From assembly GCA_018221305.1 (NCBI GenBank), contig JAAOYK010000055.1, positions 1-59,656 on the forward strand: DNA of 59,656 bases. Reading direction: 5' to 3'. Source of the stretch: Candidatus Pacearchaeota archaeon (GTDB taxonomy: Archaea; Nanobdellota; Nanobdellia; Pacearchaeales; GW2011-AR1). The position numbers were made by a program, and so were the translations under genes. A model generated the notes under the pieces. The model was not told the origin of the DNA and searched no databases. It worked only from the letters and a program-made list of their open reading frames with translations. Shown one piece after another: positions 51,913-59,656 of the stretch. Position 1 is the first letter of the stretch. The number at the start of each line of letters is the position of its first letter.

Positions 51913-54294
51913 TTATAATTTCTTAGATTTATTAGAAGAAACACTTTTACTGACTCGAGAAGATTTTTTCTTAGAAGAAATTCCTTTAATTTTGGATAAT
52001 ATTAAATCTTTTTTCTTATAACCAAAAAAGCCAAGAACACCTATCACACTCAGAACTAAAATTATAATTCCGATAATAGTGCCTTTTGAAGAACTTAAAC
52101 CCGCCTTTGATTTACTTAATTTTCCTATATTTATTACATCAGGCTGTTGTTTAATTATTTTTATCTCTGAATCTTTATATTCTTCAAGAAAAGTCTTTCC
52201 AGATTTATCAGAACTAATTTTTAAATCAGTTCCTTTATCAACAGCAATATCATTAAATTCTTTATATTCTTTATTTCCCTTTTTATCAATTTCAATGATA
52301 GTAATGTCTGCAGTTCCGCTTCCAGTTCCAGTAATTTTGTATTCTACTTTTTCAGGATCAACACCAATCGCAATTGCAACTTCTACAGCAGATTTGCTAT
52401 AGAACTTATAAGATCCTTCTAATTCATCATGAAAAATTCCATTTTCATCTTTTCCAAGACTTTTCCCATTTTCATGTTCAATTAAGATGTTAACTGGAGA
52501 ATGTGATACAATAGATGCAGAACTCTCCCCTGTCTCTTCAAATAATCCAATAACAATCCCTTCAACTATATAGTCCAAGATTCTCCCAAAAACACCAAAA
52601 TAATCTTCAAAACACTCAAAAACATTAAGAACTTTCGCTACCACAAAAGCATTATCACCCAAATCAACAAGAATCAGAAAAAGTTTTGCTGTAGCTGCAT
52701 TAATCTTTTTCCTTGCAGCGTTTATGCTGTTCGTATTTGTAACATCTAAATTATCAATAGCATTTACTAATTCCCGGATAACATCACAATAAAAATCAAC
52801 AGCATTTTCAGCCACATCTGCAACTATATTTAATTCAGCTAATAAGGTAGCATAACAATCCACATAATTTCTAGAAGAACCTTCACCTAGATCACACAAT
52901 AAACTCCATTCTTCCTTTTTTGTTGTTGACTGGGTTACTGTTTGTTCAGAAGATGATTCTGCTTTATAAGTATAAGTTTGAACTTCATCCTCATCACTTG
53001 TTTCAGTTGTAGAAGTTACTTCTGTAATTTTTTTCACACAATAATAATTTGAATGACATCTGTAACCTTCAGAACAGTCTGATTCCTGATAACAACAATC
53101 TTTTCCAGATTCACAGCAATATCCTCCACCAGATCCATAACCTTCATATCCACCTAAATTACAATTATTAGAAGAACAGTCACTATCAAAACTACACGAC
53201 TCTCCGTTTGACTTCATTGTAGATTTACAATAATAATAATCAGTATCACAAACAAAGCCATCTCCACAGTTAGAAGTATATTGACAGCAAGTTTCGCCAG
53301 AAATACAACAGATACCATTTTGACAATTTGCAGAAGAACACTGAGAATTTGAACTACAGTAATATCCATTATCTTTTAAAGCTTCTGAAGACGATTCAAT
53401 ACAATAATTGCTTGCTCCACATTCATAATCAGATAAACAGTTAGCATTAGAAGTACAACATGTTTTTCCTGTTAAGCAACAAAGATTATTTTCACAATTC
53501 CCAGATTCACAATTTGAATTTGAAGAGCAATATTCTCCATTACATGCCCCGCAGTCATCTGAACATGAGGAACAAGTTTCATCTGAGTCACAAGTTCCGT
53601 CCCCACAGTAAGAAGAGGGCGAACATGCCCCGCAGTCACCTGAACATGAAGAACAAGTCTCATCTGAGTCACAAGTTCCGTCCCCACAATAAGAAGAAGG
53701 CGCAGAAGCAGTACAGTCATAACTTTCACAAGTATAATCTGAATTACAGTCAGAATCAGAACAACAGTCTCCATTAAAAATATTCCCAGAACAACAAACT
53801 TCTCCAGAAGAAGTTGGATAATCTTCAGGACAACTTTCGCAGTTTTCACTGGTTATTTCTCCATTAACACAAGTTCCTAATCGATATCCTGAATAAGTCC
53901 CTTGTTTTCCATCCCCACACCAAGCATACTTATAAATATCATAATCCCAAAGACAACCATCACACCAACTACTTGGACTAAATGTAATATCTATTGTACC
54001 TCCAGGATTTGCATCAACTATACATTCATAACTATCAGTACAGCCCCCAATTATAATAGAAATGTCGCAAGAAGTATCACAATACTCTCCAGTCCCTTCA
54101 TGTGGGGCGATTTTAACTTTACACCCATAATAATCACTTGGAACTGTAGCACTATATGTATCATCAAAACTATATCCTGAATTCCATCCAAAATTGACAC
54201 TTCTAGTTTCTGCAGAAACACCCTCACATAAAAACCCTGATAAAAAGATTAAACTAATTCCAACCATTATTTTGATTAATAATTTGTTTTTCAT
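51913..54294 (-). CDS. Cys-rich type I surface protein (signal peptide, multiple Cys-repeat modules, helical domain, beta domain, C-terminal TM + K/S tail)
   Basis: The signal peptide is MKNKLLIKIMVGISLIFLSGFLCEGVSA. A tandem PSSYCGDGTCDSDETCSSCS(G/D)DCGAC unit occurs twice. Three CSSNSxCxSxNC...CC...CC modules follow. The TM segment is IIGIIILVLSVIGVLGFFGY and the tail is KKKSSRVSKSVSSNKSKKL. Confidence 0.7.
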   Translation of the reverse strand: MKNKLLIKIMVGISLIFLSGFLCEGVSAETRSVNFGWNSGYSFDDTYSATVPSDYYGCKVKIAPHEGTGEYCDTSCDISIIIGGCTDSYECIVDANPGGTIDITFSPSSWCDGCLWDYDIYKYAWCGDGKQGTYSGYRLGTCVNGEITSENCESCPEDYPTSSGEVCCSGNIFNGDCCSDSDCNSDYTCESYDCTASAPSSYCGDGTCDSDETCSSCSGDCGACSPSSYCGDGTCDSDETCSSCSDDCGACNGEYCSSNSNCESGNCENNLCCLTGKTCCTSNANCLSDYECGASNYCIESSSEALKDNGYYCSSNSQCSSANCQNGICCISGETCCQYTSNCGDGFVCDTDYYYCKSTMKSNGESCSFDSDCSSNNCNLGGYEGYGSGGGYCCESGKDCCYQESDCSEGYRCHSNYYCVKKITEVTSTTETSDEDEVQTYTYKAESSSEQTVTQSTTKKEEWSLLCDLGEGSSRNYVDCYATLLAELNIVADVAENAVDFYCDVIRELVNAIDNLDVTNTNSINAARKKINAATAKLFLILVDLGDNAFVVAKVLNVFECFEDYFGVFGRILDYIVEGIVIGLFEETGESSASIVSHSPVNILIEHENGKSLGKDENGIFHDELEGSYKFYSKSAVEVAIAIGVDPEKVEYKITGTGSGTADITIIEIDKKGNKEYKEFNDIAVDKGTDLKISSDKSGKTFLEEYKDSEIKIIKQQPDVINIGKLSKSKAGLSSSKGTIIGIIILVLSVIGVLGFFGYKKKDLILSKIKGISSKKKSSRVSKSVSSNKSKKL
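53539..53700 (-). repeat. 81-nt in-frame tandem duplication (2 copies) inside the Cys-rich protein gene
   Basis: CATCTGAGTCACAAGTTCCGTCCCCACA recurs at 53580 and 53661 with period 81. It encodes two 27-aa copies (aa 199-225 and 226-252) that differ at 2 residues. Confidence 0.85.
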
Positions 54295-54455
54295 TCTCTT
54301 TTTTCTATTCTTCTAAGAGAAGAGTCACCCCTATAAATCTAAGGTTGGAAAGTGAAACATTTTTTCAAAAAAAAAATTAAATAGTAAAAAAAAATTAAAT
54401 AAAGTTGGAATGATCGGTTTTAAAGGTAGATTTATAACTCTGCCATACAACAAAA

Positions 54456-54536
54456 CGCCGCCACTGGGAATCGAACCCAGGCACCCCGAAGGGTCCAGGT
54501 TAGCAACCTGGTGCAATACCATTATGCGATGGCGGC
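54456..54536 (-). tRNA. tRNA-Ser (anticodon GCU), type II
   Basis: Hand-folded cloverleaf: acceptor GCCGCCA/UGGCGGC, a 3-bp D stem, anticodon stem CCAGG/CCUGG with loop UUGCUAA, variable arm ACCCUUCGGGGUGC, T-arm CUGGG-UUCGAUU-CCCAG, discriminator G. There is no CCA and no intron. Confidence 0.9.
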
Positions 54537-54571
54537 ACGATTATGATAAAAATATGCACATTTTATAGAAT

Positions 54572-54940
54572 TTAAAGGTTTGTGTTTTTAAGATTTAATT
54601 CAAGAAGATCCTCTCTATACACGTTCAATAACTTTTCAGACTTTTGCTTTAATTCTTCAGATAACTCGCAATAAACTATCTTTCCTATGTTTAATTTACC
54701 AAATGCTTGCCTATACGGATTATAAGGTTCAAGAGATCCATCCCCAAAACTGTCCCTAAACGGTCCGTCTTCGAATTTATTTTCCTTCATGTAAGAATCA
54801 AAATCTTGTTGCGTGACAAGTATAGCTGTTCCGCCATTACTTTGTACATACATTTTACACTGATGTCTTGGAGAAAGTTCAATTGCTGGGTTTGTCATCT
54901 CTTCTGTTTTTATGCCTGATACTTTAAATTCTATTCCCAT
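54572..54940 (-). CDS. hypothetical protein
   Basis: 122-aa ORF. No motif was recognised. Confidence 0.35.
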   Translation of the reverse strand: MGIEFKVSGIKTEEMTNPAIELSPRHQCKMYVQSNGGTAILVTQQDFDSYMKENKFEDGPFRDSFGDGSLEPYNPYRQAFGKLNIGKIVYCELSEELKQKSEKLLNVYREDLLELNLKNTNL

Positions 54941-55028
54941 AAAAACCCTTATTAATAGTTATTTAAATTATTTATGCTTTTTTGTAATATACATAACCTA
55001 CATAAATACACAAACCTGTAACAATGTC

Positions 55029-55346
55029 TTAGCTTTGATCACTTAGAGCTTCATAAATTTGTTCTGCAATACGCTTATAATCTTCTTTTTTTCCTGCACC
55101 ACCTTTATCTATATGATATCTTCGTTTAGAATGTAATTTTCGTCCAAACTCAAACTGTTGGACAAACGTGTTATACACTAAATCCTGAACTTCTTTAACA
55201 GATGAGCATGCGCAAACACTTTGCATTACTTTTTTTGCTTCGTTTTCATACTCAGTTTTTGGCGCCCCCCCTTCTAAAAGCCCTATTGGATCTTGCTCAT
55301 TTATTGCTGATCTTATTTTATCAAAAAGTTTATCATTTGTCATCAT
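55029..55346 (-). CDS. hypothetical protein
   Basis: 105-aa ORF. No motif was recognised. Confidence 0.35.
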   Translation of the reverse strand: MMTNDKLFDKIRSAINEQDPIGLLEGGAPKTEYENEAKKVMQSVCACSSVKEVQDLVYNTFVQQFEFGRKLHSKRRYHIDKGGAGKKEDYKRIAEQIYEALSDQS

Positions 55347-55471
55347 TATCTATATTTCTTTAATTTATAAGGATTATGAAGCTACGGGATTCTAGTTAGA
55401 ATTTAATAAGATTTTAACCTATACTTTCAAGTAGAGTAAAAACTTTAATATTCCAGATTGTTCTAGTTTCT

Positions 55472-56593
55472 ATGGTAATTTTAAAATTATTAAGAAACAC
55501 CTCGGCCAAAGTGCAAGCCACCCTTTCAACAATTGTTAAAATAATTTTAGTGTTATCAATTTTGAATGCATTTTATAATCATTTCTGGCACATTTTGTTT
55601 GCGAACATGTTGCTACTTTTCCTAACTTTTTCTCCAACAATTGCACGCAAGCGTTATGAAGTAGTTATCCCAAGGGAGTTTGAGTTTGTATTTTTAATAT
55701 TTATAATCATAACCTTTTTCCTTGGAGAATTACGTGGGGTTATAATGCAAATGTTTTTTGGAATAGCTCTTGGTTTTGCTGGCTTTTTAATGATGCTTAT
55801 TCTTTATTCAAATAATAAAATCAAAAAAAATTATTTCTTAATAGCAATCTTTGCTTTTAGTGTTTCAGTAAGTCTTGGCCTGGCACTTGAAATGGCAAAA
55901 TATTATCTAAAAATTTATTTGAGCTATACAATGACTGCCGGTGATCTAGAATACACAATGAGGAGCCTTTTACTGGTAACCATCGGTGCTGTTGTTTCCT
56001 CAGTTACTGGTTATATTTATATGAAAGGGTACAAACTAAAATTTTTAATAAGACTTGCAGAAATTTTTAAGAAAGAAAATCCAAACATTTTTGGTAAGAC
56101 CGAAGACACAAAAGAAAAAGTTTTAGATCTTATAAAAGGCGATGAATCAGAAAAGCTTGAGTTTAAGTCAACCTTGCGCATGAACCTGTACACTCATATT
56201 CCTGATAAAAAGATTGAATCATCAATCCTTAAAACAATTACAGCATTCCTAAATTCGCAAGGAGGAACTCTTCTTGTAGGTATTGATGATGCAGGTCGCA
56301 TTTTAGGGATTGAAAAAGATAGGTTTCAAAATAGTGACAAACTTGCTCTTCATTTTACAAACTTGTTCAAAGATCATATTGGGGACCAGTACATGCCATT
56401 GATAGATTTTAAATTAATAAGAATGAGTGAAGAGAAAACGGTACTAAAAGTGAACTGTAGTAAAAGTAATCGTCCAGTATTTTTTAAGCATAGTGGCTTG
56501 GAAGAATTTTATATGCGTGTAGGTCCTGCAAGTGTAAGGATAATTGGAAGCAAACTGCTGAGTTATATTCATTATAGGTTTCGGAAACAATAA
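55472..56593 (+). CDS. polytopic membrane protein fused to C-terminal AlbA_2 (Schlafen-like) nucleic-acid-binding domain
   Basis: About 5-6 TM helices cover aa 15-185. The AlbA_2 signature follows: ESEKLEFKSTL...ILKTITAFLNSQGGTLLVGIDDAGRILGIEKD...FYMRVGP. Confidence 0.65.
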   Translation: MVILKLLRNTSAKVQATLSTIVKIILVLSILNAFYNHFWHILFANMLLLFLTFSPTIARKRYEVVIPREFEFVFLIFIIITFFLGELRGVIMQMFFGIALGFAGFLMMLILYSNNKIKKNYFLIAIFAFSVSVSLGLALEMAKYYLKIYLSYTMTAGDLEYTMRSLLLVTIGAVVSSVTGYIYMKGYKLKFLIRLAEIFKKENPNIFGKTEDTKEKVLDLIKGDESEKLEFKSTLRMNLYTHIPDKKIESSILKTITAFLNSQGGTLLVGIDDAGRILGIEKDRFQNSDKLALHFTNLFKDHIGDQYMPLIDFKLIRMSEEKTVLKVNCSKSNRPVFFKHSGLEEFYMRVGPASVRIIGSKLLSYIHYRFRKQ

Positions 56594-56630
56594 ACATTAT
56601 GAAATGAGTTTTGACAATTTTTTATTTCAA

Positions 56631-57554
56631 CTATAAAAAGTATGTCTTCTTAAGTTTCATAATCTCGCTTTCTAAATATGTTTTGTCTAAGACGTTCCCT
56701 CCTGGCAAAGCTTCTCGCATTTTAAATTCTAATTTTGCAAAATTTTCTTTTGTGTTAAGTTCTCTTTGAATTATGGTATTTCTAAGCAATTCCTTTTGTG
56801 CTTTAGATAAATCTCTCCATTTAATCTTAGAATTATTTTTTTCAAGAATTATCTCCTGAATTTTTTTTGCTAATATTTTTGGATTTTTAGTTTCTTCTTT
56901 AATACAAATCATTTCAGGAAACCTATCAAATGTACCAAGTTCTAAAGGAATAACTAGTGTCAATGCCTCATTTACACTTCGCGTTATTGCCTCCTCAATA
57001 GAGATATCCTTTTCTAAATACTTTACTATATGTTTATATATTGCTCCACATTTTATCGGAAAACAGTTTGGATTTTTTTCCATTAAATCTTTTGTCTCAT
57101 CTAATAAATCTTCTTTAATTCCTTTTGAAAGTCTTTCTTTAAGAATAAGGCCTAAATTAGTATTCTCAGGATAAACTATACAAATTGGTACATAAAAAAA
57201 GTCCCTATTTTTCTTAGCATTACAAGCTATTAAAGCGTCTAAATATTTTCCAGAAAATCCTTCAATAATTGGTATATAGCCTTTTCTTATTATTTTTGGA
57301 ATGAGTGATTCAACTTCAGATACATATTTTTCTGCGGACCATGTTCTTTCATTAAGTCCTAGTATTCCATAAAAATGACATTTTATTGATTCTTCTAATT
57401 GTTTTATATCTCTAATAGATTTAACACCAGAATAAAATGTAAATCTATCACAGCTGATAATCTGTCCTTTAATAATTTTTGCTAATTCTATAGCAGTTTT
57501 AGTTTTTCCAACAGTGGTTGGTCCGCAAATAATAGGTATTTTAATTATTTTCAT
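56631..57554 (-). CDS. IPT/MiaA-like P-loop isopentenyltransferase-family protein
   Basis: ICGPTTVGKTKTAIELAKIIKGQIISCD...YSG...HFYGIL...YIPIIEGFSGKYLDAL is collinear with the MiaA N-terminus (GPTASGKT.LAIELAK...GEIIS.DS.QVY.G...HHL...G..P.LVGGTGLY..AL). The C-terminal half is divergent. Confidence 0.55.
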   Translation of the reverse strand: MKIIKIPIICGPTTVGKTKTAIELAKIIKGQIISCDRFTFYSGVKSIRDIKQLEESIKCHFYGILGLNERTWSAEKYVSEVESLIPKIIRKGYIPIIEGFSGKYLDALIACNAKKNRDFFYVPICIVYPENTNLGLILKERLSKGIKEDLLDETKDLMEKNPNCFPIKCGAIYKHIVKYLEKDISIEEAITRSVNEALTLVIPLELGTFDRFPEMICIKEETKNPKILAKKIQEIILEKNNSKIKWRDLSKAQKELLRNTIIQRELNTKENFAKLEFKMREALPGGNVLDKTYLESEIMKLKKTYFL

Positions 57555-57625
57555 TTTTATTACTAAAGAACTCTCTTTCCTTTTTTAGGCTATAAAGATA
57601 AAAAATAAGTTGCTTTTAAACTTTT

Positions 57626-58426
57626 TTATTTAAAAATTTCTAACAACTTCTCATGAAGTACTGGATTTGCAGCCAAAATTGATGGGTCTGTTATGTCCCA
57701 TTCTTTTCCTTTAATGTTTGTAACTTTTGCTCCAGCTTCTCTGGTTATAATTGTTCCTGCCGCCATGTCCCATGGTTCTAGGCTTAATGCCATGTAAGCG
57801 TGCAATTTTCCTGCGGCAGTAAGGGCCAAAGGAACAGACGCGCATCCAGATGCTAGAAAGCACGTGATGCCGTTTGGTGAATAAACTTTGTCAATATATT
57901 TTGTAATATCAGCCCTTTTGAAATCTTTAGTTTCTTTTCCACCATCAAGACCCATTAATGTATGATTAATATTATCTTCCAATGAAACAGTTATTTTTTT
58001 ATTGTCGTTAAAAGTCTGACAAAAAGCACCTTTTCCTTCTTGAGCATAATAAAGTTCTCCACGTTTTGGTGCATATGTTACTCCCATGATTGGCTTTTTA
58101 TTTTTGGCCAAAGCAATACAAACACTAAAGTGGTCAGTGATCCCCTGACGATAAGGTATTGTTCCATCTAGCGGATCAATAAGCCAATCATATTCTGAAT
58201 CATTATTAACATCATCATCTTCTTCTGAATAAATATTATGTTCTGGAAATGTTTCTTTTATCCTCTTTAGTATATATTCATTACTTTGCGTGTCAACTTC
58301 AGTTCTAAAATGCTGTTTTGCAGTCCACTCAAGCTCTTGCATCTTACCATAATTTTTCATCAAAATTTTGTCACCTGCATAAGCCGCAGTCAATTTTGCA
58401 AACCCTAAAAATTCGTTTGTGTTCAT
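57626..58426 (-). CDS. suhB: inositol monophosphatase / FBPase-family phosphatase
   Basis: Contains EEDD, WLIDPLDGTIPY and the ASGCASVPLALTAAGKLHAY motif. Confidence 0.85.
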   Translation of the reverse strand: MNTNEFLGFAKLTAAYAGDKILMKNYGKMQELEWTAKQHFRTEVDTQSNEYILKRIKETFPEHNIYSEEDDDVNNDSEYDWLIDPLDGTIPYRQGITDHFSVCIALAKNKKPIMGVTYAPKRGELYYAQEGKGAFCQTFNDNKKITVSLEDNINHTLMGLDGGKETKDFKRADITKYIDKVYSPNGITCFLASGCASVPLALTAAGKLHAYMALSLEPWDMAAGTIITREAGAKVTNIKGKEWDITDPSILAANPVLHEKLLEIFK

Positions 58427-58555
58427 TAAGTAAAATGATTTTTAGTTGTTATATAAATATTATTATGCTAAAGTGCTAAAATTATGGTTTAAAAACTTTT
58501 CCCCTTGTTTTTTTTGTGCAATTACCTTTAAAAACTAAGCTTTATTTTTGCATAC

Positions 58556-59656
58556 ATGGGCAAAGAAAGTTCAAACGGTTCGGGAACCCTTAAAAAAAGT
58601 GTGAGGAATCATTCGAAGAAGTTTGGAACTTTTGCAGGAGTTTTAATGCCTTCACTGTTAACCATTTTAGGTGCAGTAATGTATTTTATTGTACCTCAAG
58701 TGTTAGGGGGGGTCGGGTTTACCAAGACAATTCTTATAATTTTGATAGCACATTCAGTGACCATTGCTACAGCCTTTTCAATATCCGCAATCGCTACAAA
58801 CATTAAAGTAAAAGGTGGCGGGCTTTATTACTTAATCTCTCGTAGTCTTGGGTCTGAGTTTGGAGGAAGTCTTGGGATTCAGTTATACCTTGCACAAACT
58901 ATTGCTTCAAGTTTTTATGCTATAGCGTTTGCCCGAGGAATGACCACCATTCTGAACTATTTTGGTATTGCTTTTCCTGAAGCACAGATTGCATTAGTCT
59001 CAATTCTTGTCTTTGGAGTAATGGTTTTTATTGGTGCAAAATTTGTTATCAAAATTCAGTATTTTATTTTGGGTGCAATAATACTTAGTTTGATTTCAAT
59101 CTTTTTAGGCCCTCAAACCGGAGGCATTGAAACAATGTTTTTCACGTCTGGTGCTATTCCTTTTTGGATAGCATTTGCCATGTTTTTCCCGGCAGTTACT
59201 GGCATTGACGCCGGTGTTGGTATGTCTGGGGATCTTAAAGATCCAAAAAAAAGTTTAGTACGTGGAACTTTTCTGGCAATATTCATAACTTTAGGTGTTT
59301 ACCTTGCTTTGGTTATAAAACTTGCATTATCTGCAAGTCCTGAGAATTTATTAACAAACCCGCAAGTAATACAACAAGTCGCAATAATTTCGCCTTTGGT
59401 CCTTTTAGGAATTATAATGGCTACATCATCTTCTGCCCTAAGCAGTTTAATGACTGCTCCACGTTGCCTGGTTGCTATGACTGAAGATAAGGTCTTGCCA
59501 AAATTTTTCAATTTTTTGGGCAAAAAAAGCGGAAAGAATAATGAGCCACGTGTTGCACTAATTTTAAGCCTTATAATTGGTGTTGCAGTAATTTTGTCAG
59601 GATCATTAGAATATGTTTCTCAGGTAGTTTCTTTATTTTTCTTATCAGTATATGGA
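58556..59656 (+). CDS. APC-superfamily permease, cation-chloride cotransporter (SLC12)/amino-acid permease-like; 3' truncated by window edge
   Basis: The frame is open from the ATG at 58556 to the window end (367 codons), and is absent from the ORF track because there is no stop. Manual translation gives MGKESSNGSGTLKK...FGTFAGVLMPSLLTILGAVMYF...GGGLYYLISRSLGSEFGGSLGIQLYLAQ, which is typical of SLC12/AA_permease TM1-TM3. Confidence 0.7.
   Translation, partial: MGKESSNGSGTLKKSVRNHSKKFGTFAGVLMPSLLTILGAVMYFIVPQVLGGVGFTKTILIILIAHSVTIATAFSISAIATNIKVKGGGLYYLISRSLGSEFGGSLGIQLYLAQTIASSFYAIAFARGMTTILNYFGIAFPEAQIALVSILVFGVMVFIGAKFVIKIQYFILGAIILSLISIFLGPQTGGIETMFFTSGAIPFWIAFAMFFPAVTGIDAGVGMSGDLKDPKKSLVRGTFLAIFITLGVYLALVIKLALSASPENLLTNPQVIQQVAIISPLVLLGIIMATSSSALSSLMTAPRCLVAMTEDKVLPKFFNFLGKKSGKNNEPRVALILSLIIGVAVILSGSLEYVSQVVSLFFLSVYG

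Noticed and set aside
53539-53700. Possible CRISPR array or non-coding tandem repeat
   Set aside because: There are only two copies, they are in frame within a long ORF, and there are no spacer-like unique segments. No CRISPR-like array was seen anywhere else in the window.
53460-53849. Overlapping ORFs 53460..53777 (+) and 53472..53849 (-), with repetitive H/K-rich or V/L-rich translations
   Set aside because: They are alternative-frame shadows of the Cys-rich repeat region of 51913..54294. Their periodicity comes from the 81-nt coding duplication.
54331-54522. 63-aa minus-strand ORF in the track
   Set aside because: Its N-terminal part is simply the tRNA-Ser(GCU) gene read as protein. The remainder is poly-A/T intergenic sequence.
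59299-59523. 74-aa minus-strand ORF
   Set aside because: It lies inside the open plus-strand permease frame (58556 to the window end), which has clear APC/SLC12 motifs.

Overview
This is an AT-rich (roughly one-third G+C by eye), densely coding 59.7-kb chromosomal window from an archaeon. The archaeal hallmarks are diphthine synthase, archaeal-type D-aminoacyl-tRNA deacylase (DtdA), TrmB and Lrp/AsnC regulators, TATA-like promoter boxes, and 11 proteins with class III (prepilin-type) signal peptides. The gene content is aaRS genes, 2-oxoacid:ferredoxin oxidoreductase plus AMP-forming acetyl-CoA synthetase, a few isolated biosynthetic genes, and many small membrane or hypothetical proteins. 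That mix suggests a small-genome DPANN-like lineage, but this is inference only. Recognisable housekeeping genes are ArgRS, IleRS, a MiaB-family methylthiotransferase, chorismate mutase/prephenate dehydrogenase, an isopropylmalate/homocitrate-synthase-family enzyme, IMPase, TatD, a CYTH protein, an ABC-2 transporter and a truncated APC/SLC12-like permease at the 3' edge. RNA genes absent from the ORF track are an SRP (7S) RNA at about 2254-2517 (-), tRNA-Leu(UAA) at 5181-5264 (-) and tRNA-Ser(GCU) at 54456-54536 (-). The outstanding feature is a ~15-kb divergently transcribed type IV pilus-like locus (22856-38145). One arm encodes six class III signal-peptide proteins, including two giant paralogous pilin-vWA fusion proteins. 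One of these carries a LamG + Cys-rich-repeat module inserted inside its vWA domain. The other arm encodes a TM/poly-KD protein, an ArlI/PilB-family ATPase, a split TadB/TadC-like platform and a KaiC/ArlH-like ATPase. A separately transcribed major-pilin candidate follows. A second four-gene pilin cluster lies at 69-2196. Other points worth a second look are a membrane-anchored M23 peptidase, a 793-aa Cys-rich surface protein with an 81-nt tandem duplication, a membrane-tethered AlbA_2/Schlafen-like protein, a MiaA/IPT-like gene, and a duplicated palindromic operator module around the Lrp gene. No CRISPR array, transposase or integrase was seen. All family assignments rest on motif recognition by eye and need HMM or structure searches.
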